Shown: piece by piece, positions 39,345 to 51,845 of the stretch | Position numbering within the stretch: the first letter of the stretch is position 1 | Layout: each line of letters opens with the position of its first letter | NCBI GenBank assembly: GCA_963778655.1 | Contig: CAVZVA010000009.1 | Span: forward strand, 192,001 to 256,000 | From: an uncultured delta proteobacterium | GTDB taxonomy: Bacteria > Myxococcota_A > Polyangia > Polyangiales > JAFGIB01 | Direction of reading: 5' to 3' | Length of the DNA: 64,000 nucleotides | Translations under genes and position numbers: made by a program | Notes under the pieces: generated by a model | The model's input: the letters and a program-made list of their open reading frames with translations, nothing else | Told to the model about the DNA's origin: nothing | Database searches by the model: none

Positions 39345-39480
39345 TCCCGTCCAGAAGTGGCCCTTAGGAGGATTCAACAGGAGGACGGGAAGGCGAGAAG
39401 AACAAGACACTCGGGGCTTCCCGTCTTCCCGCCTTCCTGTGGATCTCTTGGTCTCAGGGTCGCTGCCTTTCCGGACGGGA
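39345..39480. repeat. 136-bp nested-palindrome element with terminal inverted repeats
   Basis: tcccgtccagaa...ttccggacggga (11/12); inner arms acaggaggacgggaaggcgagaag and cttcccgtcttcccgccttcctgt. Confidence 0.75.
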
Positions 39481-39514
39481 ACCAATTACGCGCGCTCGGG
39501 CCGGCCGCAAACTC

Positions 39515-40411
39515 TCAGCCGAGGCGGTAGAGCGCGTCGAGCCCGGCCGGACCCTCGCTCCGCAGCAGCCCGCGCTCGAGCATGTGCAAGACGTGAGCCA
39601 GCACCGAGCGGGCCGCGGCGCGGTGCAGGATCGCGGGCGTGTCCCGGTACATACGCGGCACCATCTGTGGGATGCGCAGCGGGCCGTCCGCCAGGCACTC
39701 GAGGATCTGCTGTTCGCGCTGCCTGCGGTGCTCGATGAAGTCGCGCACGAAGGGCTTGGGCTGATCGATGGCGGGGCCGTGCGCCGGCAATAGCACGCGG
39801 TCGTCGCGCTGCAGCAGCAGCTCCAGGCTGCGCAGGTAGTCGCCCATGTCGCCGTCGGGCGGCGAGATCACGGAGGTGGACCAGCTCATCACGTGATCGC
39901 CGGTGAGCAGCGCGCCCTCCTCGCGCACGGCGAAGCACAGGTGATTGCTGCAATGGCCGGGTGTGTGCACGCACTCGATCGACCAGCCGTCGCCCTCGAT
40001 CACCTCGCCGTGGCGCAGCCGCACCTCAGGCACGAAGCGCAGATCGCCGCCTGCCTCGACTCGTTCGCCGCGCGCGTGCAACCCCTCCGCGTGCGGCCCG
40101 AAGCCGTAGGTGGTGGCACCGGTGCGCTCGCTCAGCAAGCGCGTGGCCGGCGAGTGATCGTTGTGGGTGTGGGTCACCAGCTGGTGGGTGATGCGCTCGC
40201 CGGGCAATGCGCGCAGCAGCGCGTCCACGTGTCCCGGCAGCTCGGGGCCGGGGTCGACCACCGCCACGTTGCCCCGGCCGATCACGTAGGTGCCGGTGCC
40301 GTGGTAGCTGAACGGGCTCGGGTTGTGCGCCACGATCCGCCGTACCAGCGGCGACAGCGCCTGTGCCACGCCGTACTCGGGCGGTGGCTCGTGAAGGAAC
40401 GCGATCGCCAT
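39515..40411 (-). CDS. MBL-fold metallo-hydrolase (LACTB2-like)
   Basis: THTHNDH, HTPGH, TGDHV, PAHG. Confidence 0.9.
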   Translation of the reverse strand: MAIAFLHEPPPEYGVAQALSPLVRRIVAHNPSPFSYHGTGTYVIGRGNVAVVDPGPELPGHVDALLRALPGERITHQLVTHTHNDHSPATRLLSERTGATTYGFGPHAEGLHARGERVEAGGDLRFVPEVRLRHGEVIEGDGWSIECVHTPGHCSNHLCFAVREEGALLTGDHVMSWSTSVISPPDGDMGDYLRSLELLLQRDDRVLLPAHGPAIDQPKPFVRDFIEHRRQREQQILECLADGPLRIPQMVPRMYRDTPAILHRAAARSVLAHVLHMLERGLLRSEGPAGLDALYRLG

Positions 40412-40601
40412 TCTTTGCTGCCTCGTCCATGCGCATACCACGCGGCGGATTCCAGGGCGACTCGGGTATCGGCGAGGGCCCAAAGGGCCCGTGGCAAAGC
40501 CGTCAGGAACCGGTACCCAAGCCGCCCTTGTGCGTCGGGAATGCGTGGTTAGCTTGACTCTTGTGCGGGTCGCCCATTGGGGGTGGCCCGCCCGAGGGAA
40601 C

Positions 40602-43289
<2,688 letters not shown>

Positions 43290-43297
43290 TCTCGCGC

Positions 43298-44201
43298 ATG
43301 CTTCGCCTTCGCCGAAGCCGCCTCGCCGCCTTGCTTTGCGTCTCTCTTTGGGGCGTCACGGTCCCATTGCGCGCGCAGCCGGCAGCGCCGCCAGCCGCCC
43401 CCGCCGGCGGCGAGGCTGCCGGCGAGAACGACGAGCAGAACGTCGATCAGGCCCGGCAGTTGTTCGCCGAAGGGCTCGACTTCGTGGAGCACGAGGACTG
43501 GGTCAATGCCGAGGACCGCTTTCGTCGCGTGCTGGCCCTGCGCTCGTCGCACGTCGTCACCTACAACCTGGCTTCCGCGCTGATGCACCTGGGCCGCCTG
43601 GTCGAGAGCTCCGAGCTGCTGCGCTCGGTGGTCCGCGATCCGAGCGCCGATGCCACCACTCACGACGCGGCCACGCAGCTGCTGTCGGAGATTCGAGCCG
43701 CGCATCGGCAGCCTCACCGTGCGCATTTCAGGCGACGCCACCGGCACCGCGCTGCGGGTCGATGACAAGGAAGTCGAGCTGAGCGGTCCTGCGCTGACCA
43801 TCTCGGTCGATCCGGGGACGCACCAGGTGACGCTCGACCGCAACGGGACCGAGGTCGCGCACAAGACCGCCGAGGTCGGTGGCGAGGCACCGCTGCAGGT
43901 CGAGGTCGCGTTCGAGTTGCCCGCGCCGCGCGTCTCGCCCCAGGCGGTCGCCCGCGCCGCGGCGCCCGCGCCGCAGGCGCCCGCGTCGCAGGTCGAGCCG
44001 AGCACGCCGCCTATGGATCGCGAGCCGGCCGCTGCCCGCTCGGGCTCGCTGCTGGCGAGCCCGTGGCTGTGGGCCGGCGTGGGCGCGGTGGTCGCGGGCG
44101 GCGTGGTGACGGCGGTGTTGCTTGCGCCCGCGGCCAAGGCCTCGCCCGTGGCCGGGGACACCACTCCACCCGTGATCAGTGGCCGGGTGCCGACCCCATG
44201 A
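43298..44201 (+). pseudogene. TPR + PEGA-like exported protein split by a +1 frameshift near 43692
   Basis: First frame has signal and TPR (ARQLFAEG, YNLASA); second frame continues EPRIGSLTV...VDPGTHQV and a TM. Removing one T from gagattcgag fuses them. Confidence 0.7.
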
Positions 44202-46378
44202 GCCTCCGCGCGCGCGCCTGGTTGCTGCTGCTGGCGGCCGCCGTACCTGCCTGCGCGCGCCGGCCGCTCACCCAGATCGTGGTGATGGTGGACAGCGACT
44301 ATGACGGCTTCGACCGGGTGAAGATCGCGGTCGACGGCTTCGAGAGAGCCGCCAGCGTGACCGCGAAGCTCTCCGATCAGCCGTTGCCGCGCCGAGTCGC
44401 GCTGGTGCACGAGGGCGGTCCGCTCGGTCCGATCGCGGTGACCGTGAGCGCCTTCACCGACAATCGCAGCACTCCGTGGCTGGTCGAGCCCCGCACCAAG
44501 ATCTATTTCCAGAGCGGCAAGACGCTGATGCTCAAGGTCGACCTGCTCTACGACTGCGTCGGCGCCTGTGACGAGGGGCAGGCTTGCGTCGCCGGTCCGA
44601 TCTGCGAGTCGGCCAGCGCTGCAGCCAAGCTCTCGCCCTGGACGGGCGGAGCGCACGCGCTCAATACCGCGTACCACGTCGATGCCGGCGACGTGCTCGG
44701 CGGCTCGAACGACGGCGGACCGGGCGTGGCGCCGATGGGCGACGGCGGCGCCGATGCCGGCGGGCTCGATGCGAACGTGATGCCGCCCGGCGCCGCGGGC
44801 GACGCCGCGGCGGTGCCTCCGGACGCTGCCAATCCGGGGGTCGACGCTGGGCCGGTGATGGCCGCGGCTGTGTTCGCGTATGCGCCGGCCAATTTCGACC
44901 CGCAGGACGCGGCGGTCGCCGCGCTGCCGCGCCAGGACGTGGTGCTCGACTGCGGGACATCCGGCTTCGACTCGAGCGACCTCAGCTTCAGCAACTGGTG
45001 CGGGCCGCAGCCGGCGGCGATGGTGATCAAGCTGGCGGACGGCAGCGACGCGGCTTTGCTGGCGATGAGCACGCTCAGCTTGCGCAGCGGCGCGACGCTG
45101 GCCCTCACCGGCTCGCTTCCGGTCATCATGGCGGTCTACGGCGATGCGCACATCGAGGGCAGCGTGGACGCGAGCGCGCACGGCACGGCTTTGGGTCCGG
45201 GCGCCGATCGCGGCTGCAGCGACGGGGCCGGCTCCAGCGGTCCGGCCGCGACCGGGAACCTGTCCGCGGGCGGAGGCAGCGGCGGCGGCTTCGGCAGCCC
45301 CGGCGGTGCCGGCGGCGCGGGCGGCAGCGGCGGCAGCGCGGTGGGTGGCGGCAAGGCCAACGGCAGCACCACCCTCGAGCCGCTGCGCGGCGGCTGCTCG
45401 GGCGGCCACGGCGGTACCGGTGGCTCGGGCAGCGCAGCGGTCGCGGGCGCGGCCGGTGGTGCGTTGCAGATCTCGGCCGCCGGCAAGCTGTTCGTGCCCG
45501 GCGCGATCAGCGCCAACGGCGGTGGCGGCGGTGCCGCGGCGAGCAATCAATACGGCGGCGGCGGCGGCGGCAGCGGCGGCGCGATCCTGCTCGAAGGCGC
45601 AACCGTGGGCTTGGAGCCGGGCGCGCTGGTGAGCGCCAACGGTGGCTCCGGTGGTGCCGGCCAGCCCTATTCCGGCAGCTCGAACGGCGAGGCCGGCACG
45701 GATGGGATCGCCGGCACCGCGGCCGCGCCGGGCGGCGCCGCCTCGGGCAGCGGTGGTGCCGGCGGTGCGGGCGCGGCGCTCGCCGGTCCGGCCACGGCCG
45801 GCGCGGACGGCAGCTTGGTGTTCACGGTGCACGGCGCCGGCGGCGGCGGCGGCGGCGGCGTGGGCCGCATCGCGGTGCGCCAAGCCAGTAGCTGCGCGTT
45901 CGCCGCGACCTTCAGCCCCTTGCCGGTGGTGAGCTGCGCGAGCTGCGGCGCGTGCCCTGTCGCACCCGCGCTGGGCTGCGCGCTGCTCGACCATCTGGGC
46001 ACGCTGTACTTACAGTGCACGGCCGCCATGTCCTGGCAAAACGCGCGCGCGTCGTGCCAGAACGCAGGTTTCGAGCTCGCCCACGTGCGCAACGCCGTCG
46101 ATAACGAATGGCTCGCGTCCCAGCTCGCAGCCGAGAGCTGGCTCGGGGGTAGCACCGCCGCCGGCAGCAGCAGCTGGAGCTGGATCGACGACGGCAGCGC
46201 GTTCTGGTCCGGTGGATCGAGCGGCGGCGCGGTGGGAGGCGCGTTCACCGCGTGGTCCAGCACCTCTCCGTCCTCGAGCGGCCTGACCAGCAGCCGCTGC
46301 CTGACCCTCGGCAGCGACGCCCAGTGGCGCGATCACTCCTGCAGCAGCAGCTACGCGTACGTGTGCCAGCAGCCGTAG
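44198..46378 (+). CDS. Lipoprotein with Gly-rich region and C-terminal C-type-lectin domain
   Basis: Lipobox VPAC; GGGSGGAILLE repeats; SWQNARASC...WLGG...WRDHSC...YVCQ. Confidence 0.8.
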   Translation: MSLRARAWLLLLAAAVPACARRPLTQIVVMVDSDYDGFDRVKIAVDGFERAASVTAKLSDQPLPRRVALVHEGGPLGPIAVTVSAFTDNRSTPWLVEPRTKIYFQSGKTLMLKVDLLYDCVGACDEGQACVAGPICESASAAAKLSPWTGGAHALNTAYHVDAGDVLGGSNDGGPGVAPMGDGGADAGGLDANVMPPGAAGDAAAVPPDAANPGVDAGPVMAAAVFAYAPANFDPQDAAVAALPRQDVVLDCGTSGFDSSDLSFSNWCGPQPAAMVIKLADGSDAALLAMSTLSLRSGATLALTGSLPVIMAVYGDAHIEGSVDASAHGTALGPGADRGCSDGAGSSGPAATGNLSAGGGSGGGFGSPGGAGGAGGSGGSAVGGGKANGSTTLEPLRGGCSGGHGGTGGSGSAAVAGAAGGALQISAAGKLFVPGAISANGGGGGAAASNQYGGGGGGSGGAILLEGATVGLEPGALVSANGGSGGAGQPYSGSSNGEAGTDGIAGTAAAPGGAASGSGGAGGAGAALAGPATAGADGSLVFTVHGAGGGGGGGVGRIAVRQASSCAFAATFSPLPVVSCASCGACPVAPALGCALLDHLGTLYLQCTAAMSWQNARASCQNAGFELAHVRNAVDNEWLASQLAAESWLGGSTAAGSSSWSWIDDGSAFWSGGSSGGAVGGAFTAWSSTSPSSSGLTSSRCLTLGSDAQWRDHSCSSSYAYVCQQP

Positions 46379-46395
46379 CGCTGCCGAGCCAGGGC

Positions 46396-47238
46396 TCAGG
46401 GCACGAATTCGAACAGGCCGTTGGCGATCGCTTGCTCTCCGGTCTGTGCAACCGTCACCGTGATCGCGGCCTGTCCCGGCTCGGGCAGGCGATAGCCGCG
46501 CACGATCAGCGTGTCGCCCGGCATCACCACCTTGGCGAAGCGCGTCTCGAGCGCGCGAAAGCGCGCGGGCTCGTCTCCGGCCAGCGCCTTGAGCGCCACG
46601 CGTCCGGCGATGCCGTACGAGCACAGCCCGTGCAAGATGGGGCGCTCGAAGCCGGCCTGCTTCGCCACCTCGGGGTGCGAGTGGATGGGGTTGACGTCTC
46701 CGGTCAGTCGATAGAGCAGCGCCTGATCGCGGCTCGTTTGCACGCTGACCTCGAAGTCCGGCTGCGCGTCCTTGGGCGGCTTGGTCCGCAGGCCGCCGGG
46801 CGGCCGCTCGCCCCCGAACCCGCCCTCGCCGCGCAGCAGCAGCTGCCAGGTCGTGCGGCACGCAGGCACGCCGTCGACCTCGGTCTCGGTGTCGACCAGC
46901 GCGAGCGCGCCGACCTTCATGTCCCACAGTCCGCGGATCACCGCGCTGGTGCGCAGCGTGCCGGCGGCGGGGAAGGGCGCGAGCAGCTCGGTCCGCTGCG
47001 CCGTGTGCAGCAGCTGCACCAGGTCCGCGCCCGTGCTGCGCATCGCGGCGAACACCGGCTCGAAGGCCGGAATCACGCCGTAGGTCGGCAGCACCTTGGG
47101 CGGGGGCTGGTCGAGCACGTAGCCGAGGTCGTCGGTTCCAGCGCCCAGCGCCAGCGCGTAGAGCGCGACGTCGCGCCAGTCGTAGTGTCGTTCCGAAGGG
47201 CCGATGCGCCGGCCCGCGCTGCTCATGTCGAGGGTCAT
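46396..47238 (-). CDS. MaoC-family (R)-enoyl-CoA hydratase 2
   Basis: YRLTGDVNPIH, PILHGLCSYG, LYALALG. Confidence 0.9.
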   Translation of the reverse strand: MTLDMSSAGRRIGPSERHYDWRDVALYALALGAGTDDLGYVLDQPPPKVLPTYGVIPAFEPVFAAMRSTGADLVQLLHTAQRTELLAPFPAAGTLRTSAVIRGLWDMKVGALALVDTETEVDGVPACRTTWQLLLRGEGGFGGERPPGGLRTKPPKDAQPDFEVSVQTSRDQALLYRLTGDVNPIHSHPEVAKQAGFERPILHGLCSYGIAGRVALKALAGDEPARFRALETRFAKVVMPGDTLIVRGYRLPEPGQAAITVTVAQTGEQAIANGLFEFVP

Positions 47239-47544
47239 GGGGTGCGCCTCCGCCGCGCACGCCGCTCCTTGTATCAGACCGCTGGCGGCGGTGGCGCGGG
47301 CTTGGCAGGGGATGCGCGGGGCGCCGCAGCTGGGAAACGGAAGAGCACGGCCACGCCGGGCGGCAAGGTGGGTCTGGAACGCTGGGACCGGCGGGGCCGT
47401 GCTTCCGTACAACTGAGTAACTGAGTTCTTCTGTCCTGTCTAGCAGGGAGGGCGATAAGGTCGTCGCGTGTGGGCACGTGGTGGCCAAGGCCGGCCCCCA
47501 ATTCCCGCGATCGCAGCCAGTTGGCAGGTGTACTCTGCTCCCGC

Positions 47545-48558
47545 ATGATGCGGTGGCCGGCCTTTGCGTGGGCAATCATCGGGGTCGGGGTCGGGCTCGC
47601 CTGGACGGCGCTCGGACCCGCCTGCCCGCGCGCGCGCGCGCAGTCGGTAGCGGTGCTCGCGATCTCGAACGACCACGACGAGCGCGTGGCAACCGACTTC
47701 AACCGCGCGCTGCGCGCGGAGGTCGCCGACGATCCCAGCTGGACGCTCAGTGACTCGCGCGCCTCCTTGTCGCAGATGACGATGGCGCAGGATTGCGACG
47801 TCACGGATGCCGCATGTCAGGGCCGCATCGGCAACGCGCTCCACGTCGATCTCGTCATCTACGGCACGCTCGAACGTGCGGGCGCCAGCTACGAAGCCGA
47901 GCTGCACATGTTTGCGACCGCGGGAGGGCCGCAGCGCGTCGCACGGCGCGCACTGCCCAGCGATGAGACCAGCGGCAAGCAGCTGCGGCGGCACGCCCGC
48001 GCGCTGCTGCAAGAGCTGCGTGACCAGCCAGCCGCAGAGGAAGGCGCGGGGCCGCCACCGGTAGCGACGGTCGCAGCCGACGTCGCGCCCTTGCCGCCGT
48101 CGGCGGTCGACACCAGCGAGCCGCCTGCACACGTGGCGCGCAGCAGCGATGACTGGATCGGCTACACCTTGCTCGGCGTGGCCGGGGTGTCGGTCGGGTT
48201 GACCGTGTTTTCGTGGGCGCAGATCCACAGCGCCGGCAAGGACGAGAGTCTGACTGCCTATCGCAAGGCCGTCGGCACGAGCAATCCGGACGCTAATGAT
48301 GCGTGCGACGAGGCGGACAAGGGCATCCGCTACGGCGTGAGCGCTGCCACCGTGGCCGCGGCGCGCGACGCATGCGGTCGCGGCAAGACCTTCGAGGCCC
48401 TGCAGTACGTGTTCCTCGGTGTGGCGGTGGTGAGCGGCGGCGTCGGCGCCTACTTCTTGCTCAACGACGAAAAGGGACACTCCGCCGACCGGCCGATCGC
48501 CTTCCAGCCGAGTTTCGGCCCGCATGGGGCCGGGCTGCGCGTGAGGCTGCGGCTGTAA
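47545..48558 (+). CDS. Hypothetical exported/membrane protein
   Basis: Signal peptide, Cys-pair domain, two C-terminal hydrophobic segments, ends GLRVRLRL. Confidence 0.7.
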   Translation: MMRWPAFAWAIIGVGVGLAWTALGPACPRARAQSVAVLAISNDHDERVATDFNRALRAEVADDPSWTLSDSRASLSQMTMAQDCDVTDAACQGRIGNALHVDLVIYGTLERAGASYEAELHMFATAGGPQRVARRALPSDETSGKQLRRHARALLQELRDQPAAEEGAGPPPVATVAADVAPLPPSAVDTSEPPAHVARSSDDWIGYTLLGVAGVSVGLTVFSWAQIHSAGKDESLTAYRKAVGTSNPDANDACDEADKGIRYGVSAATVAAARDACGRGKTFEALQYVFLGVAVVSGGVGAYFLLNDEKGHSADRPIAFQPSFGPHGAGLRVRLRL

Positions 48559-48650
48559 GCCTGAGCACCGGCCTGGTCCGGAACGCACGCGGGCTCGGCT
48601 TTTTCGGCGTCGAGCTCGGGCGCGGCCCTGTACAAACGCCCGAAGCGCGG

Positions 48651-48680
48651 ATTACCATATTCAAGTAAGAGTATAGTAAT
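48651..48680. promoter_or_regulatory. AT-rich imperfect palindrome (operator candidate)
   Basis: attaccatattc-aagtaa-gagtatagtaat, arms 10/12 complementary, 15 nt upstream of the next gene. Confidence 0.5.
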
Positions 48681-48695
48681 AGTGAAATCTGAGGG

Positions 48696-50423
48696 GTGGT
48701 GACGGTGACCTACTGGAACGATCTGCGGCTCGGTGTGCTTGGCGTGGCGGTCCTGCTGGCCGCGGGCTGCAACCTGAAGTTTCCAGGCCCCCACTTCGGC
48801 ATCGACGTTCCGGATGCGGCCGTGCTGGGCAACTTCGCGGGCAACGGAGCGCTGGGTGGCGATCCGCAGCAACCCGTGCCGGCTTCGCGCGCCGCTCTGG
48901 TGATCGACGCGCCAGTTTCGGTTCAAGGCAGCGCGCCGATCGCCTGCCCGCCCGGTCAAATGGAGGCCGGCGGGTCCTGCCGCCTGCGCACCGGCGTGGC
49001 CAAGCAGTGCCCGGGCGGCGCCAGCGCGTGCGCGGGCGGCCAGTGCTGTGCGCCCGGCTACGCGTGCGGCGCGAGCGGCGCGTGCGAACGCGCGCCGGGC
49101 GGCTCGAGCGTGTCGCAGCCAGGCTTCTGCGCCAGTGGCCAGCTCGTGACCAGCGACGGCAGCAGCTGCCCCGCGATCAACGCGGGCAACGCCAGCGAGC
49201 TGGCTGCGCGCTGCTGCCCCTCGGGCGCGAGCTTGCAGTGCAGCGATCCGAGCGATGCCAGCACCGCGGGCTGCACGCTGCAGTCGCTCGTCACCAGCCC
49301 GTGCCCGACCGGCTACCAGGCATTGACCGACGGCGTGACCAACGCGATGGCCTGCTGCCCGGCCGGGGGCGGCAGCGTGCAACTGGCCAACGGCGTGTGC
49401 TGGTACTTCGATCAGGTGTCGCCCCAGTGCGCCGGCACGGTCGATGCGACCACCGGCGCCTGCTGCGCTGGGCAGCTGACCAGCGATGGCGGCTGCTGCG
49501 CGCCGGGTCATGCCGCGTGCGGCTCGGGTTGCTGCGAGAGCGGTGAGCTGTGCGACGCGGCGAGCGGGCAGTGTCAAGCGCAGGTGCCCGCGCAGGTCGC
49601 GTCGTGTCCAGCGCAGGCGCCGGTCGACTGCTCGAGCAGCGGTGGACAGTGTTGCCCGGTCGATTCCAGCTGCATGCCCGACGGAACCTGCTCCTGCCCG
49701 GCCAGCACGCCGGTCGACTGCGGCGGATTCTGTGCGGCGAGCGCTCAACAGTGCAGCTGCCCGCCTGACCACCCGGAGGCGTGCGGCGCCTCCTGCTGTC
49801 TCGGCGGTGGTTGCTTCGGCGGCGCCGGGTCGGGCAGCTGCGGCTGCCCCTCGGGCACGACCAGCTGCGGCGACAATTGCTGCCCGGCCAGCGCGCAGTG
49901 CCAGGACGGCCAGTGCCTGGCCTGCCCGAGCGATGCGCCCACGTTGTGCGGCACCAACTGCTGTGCACAGAACGAGATGTGCGTGGGGGGTCAGTGCGTG
50001 GGCTGCACCAGCGACGCGCCGATCGCGTGTGGCTCGAGCTGCTGCCGGCTGGGCGACAGCTGCAGCGGTGGAGTGTGCGTGCCACCGCCGGGAGCGAGCG
50101 CGGGATCTGCGGGCGCGTCGGGGCCCGACCTGGGCGGCGCCGGCGCTGGCGCTGGCGGAGACGATCGCAGCGGCGGCAGCGGCGGCGTTGCTGGCAGCGG
50201 CGGCGGCGGCGTGCCGGGCAGCGAGGGCGGCAGCTCGTGCATGCCCGTGCCCGCGGCCTGCTCGGACTGCAGTGTGACCGCGTGCGCGTCGGTCACTGGA
50301 TCGGGTAGCTGCCAGAGTTGGTATGACACCAGCGACGGCCAGCGCTTCTCGTGCGCGGGCTGCGGCGACTGTACCTCGGCCGCCGAGAACGCGGTGCTGC
50401 ACTGCTGCCCCGTGCACCTGTGA
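48696..50423 (+). CDS. Cys-rich repeat lipoprotein
   Basis: Lipobox AAGC; many C-G-x-x-CC-x4/5-C-x4-C repeats; Gly/Ser linker; Cys-rich terminal module. Confidence 0.8.
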   Translation: MVTVTYWNDLRLGVLGVAVLLAAGCNLKFPGPHFGIDVPDAAVLGNFAGNGALGGDPQQPVPASRAALVIDAPVSVQGSAPIACPPGQMEAGGSCRLRTGVAKQCPGGASACAGGQCCAPGYACGASGACERAPGGSSVSQPGFCASGQLVTSDGSSCPAINAGNASELAARCCPSGASLQCSDPSDASTAGCTLQSLVTSPCPTGYQALTDGVTNAMACCPAGGGSVQLANGVCWYFDQVSPQCAGTVDATTGACCAGQLTSDGGCCAPGHAACGSGCCESGELCDAASGQCQAQVPAQVASCPAQAPVDCSSSGGQCCPVDSSCMPDGTCSCPASTPVDCGGFCAASAQQCSCPPDHPEACGASCCLGGGCFGGAGSGSCGCPSGTTSCGDNCCPASAQCQDGQCLACPSDAPTLCGTNCCAQNEMCVGGQCVGCTSDAPIACGSSCCRLGDSCSGGVCVPPPGASAGSAGASGPDLGGAGAGAGGDDRSGGSGGVAGSGGGGVPGSEGGSSCMPVPAACSDCSVTACASVTGSGSCQSWYDTSDGQRFSCAGCGDCTSAAENAVLHCCPVHL

Positions 50424-50477
50424 CGGTTCCCCAGGGGCACGGGTGGGCGAGCCGACGGACGCTCGGCTCAATCGGGC

Positions 50478-50840
50478 TCAGTTGACGGACCAGTCGCCGC
50501 CACTTCCGCGCTTGGCCTTGCCCGGCGGCGCGAACACGTGGCTCCAGTTGTGGCGGTAGCGCCGGTTCGAGACGCGCGCCGGTCCGTTTCGGGGATGGGT
50601 TTCGGTCTCGCGCTGCGGGGCGTGGAGCACCTCGACCTCGCACACCGGCGAGCGCGCGTGCAACGGGTGCAGGCGCACCAGCTCCTGCTTGCCCAGGGGC
50701 TGGCCCTCTCGCACCGGGCGCAGCTCACCGGCCGAGAGCTCGCCTTGCTTGAGCCGCAGCATGCGCGCGCCCTTTCCGTCCTCGGTCGGGCCAGCGAGGA
50801 TCGCCAGATCCTTCGGCGGTCGCGGGTTGCGTCGCTTCAC
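50478..50840 (-). CDS. Hypothetical protein
   Basis: RBS-like gaggag before GTG; compact sequence with GPARVSNRRYRHNWSHVF. Confidence 0.65.
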   Translation of the reverse strand: MKRRNPRPPKDLAILAGPTEDGKGARMLRLKQGELSAGELRPVREGQPLGKQELVRLHPLHARSPVCEVEVLHAPQRETETHPRNGPARVSNRRYRHNWSHVFAPPGKAKRGSGGDWSVN

Positions 50841-50946
50841 GCGCTCCTCATCCTTACATAGCCAGCCGTGGCCGGATTGTCCACCGCGCGCGGCGTGGTT
50901 GCAGGCGTGCCCGCGCTCCGCTACTGCTCCGACTCGGGCTTGGTCG

Positions 50947-51777
50947 ATGACAGTCTACACCGAGGACGAGCTCGCGCGTTTCCGCGGTGTGCAGCGGACG
51001 GCGTATCGCTGCGTCGAGGCGCTCGAGCGCGAGCTGCGGCCCGGCATCAGTGAGAGACAGCTGGCGGCCATGATGCGCGCGTGGCTCGGCGACCACGGCA
51101 TCCGCGAGTATTTTCACGCGCCCTTCGCCTGGTTCGGCGATCGCACCAGCTTCACGGGGATCCGCCGGCCGCGGCAGCTTTCTCCCGGCTCGCGGCGGCT
51201 TCAGCCCGGAATGCCCGTGATCATGGACGCGGGACCGGCGCGCGACGGCTACTCGGCCGACATCGGCTATAGCTGCTGCCTGGGCGACAACCCGATCCTG
51301 CGCAAGCTGCAGGACGACCTGCAGGCCTACCGCGTGCTGATCGTGCAGCTGGTGCGGCAGGGCAAGACGGCGCGGGAGATCTACCAAGAGGTCGACCGGC
51401 TCGCGGCGCGCCAGGGTTACCAGAACCGCCACCAGGTCTACCCGCAGCATGTGCTCGCCCACAAAGTGTTCCGGATGGAGCCCTCGCCGTGGTTGCAGCG
51501 TGTGGAGCTGGGCGGCTTCGGCCTGCGCGCGCTGCAGGGGCTCGGCCGCGCGGCCGGGCGCGCGCGGTTGGGCGCCCGGCGCGAGTGGCCGTTCTGGAAC
51601 GCCGACGCGCTGTCGGACGTGGCGATCCAGCCGGGGCTGTGGGCGGTCGAGCCGCACCTGGGCTGCGGCCCGATCGGCGCCAAGTGGGAGGAGCTGCTGG
51701 TGGTCACCGAGCACGACGCGTATTGGCTCGACGACGACCTGCCGCACGTCCGGCGCTGGGCGTCCGCGTCGGCGTAG
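50947..51777 (+). CDS. M24-family metallopeptidase (catalytic domain only)
   Basis: LRPGISE, IMDAGP..DGYSADIG, AH, AVEPH, KWEELL. Confidence 0.82.
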   Translation: MTVYTEDELARFRGVQRTAYRCVEALERELRPGISERQLAAMMRAWLGDHGIREYFHAPFAWFGDRTSFTGIRRPRQLSPGSRRLQPGMPVIMDAGPARDGYSADIGYSCCLGDNPILRKLQDDLQAYRVLIVQLVRQGKTAREIYQEVDRLAARQGYQNRHQVYPQHVLAHKVFRMEPSPWLQRVELGGFGLRALQGLGRAAGRARLGARREWPFWNADALSDVAIQPGLWAVEPHLGCGPIGAKWEELLVVTEHDAYWLDDDLPHVRRWASASA

Positions 51778-51845
51778 GCCTTTGTCGGAACCGCCGAGGG
51801 CGCGGCCCCTTGACGGGAGCGCCGCCGCTTGCCAGGTAGAGCGAC

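Noticed and set aside
45835..45860. (GGC)n run as a phase-variable microsatellite
   Set aside because: In-frame poly-Gly codons inside a Gly-rich protein; length changes would not shift the frame.
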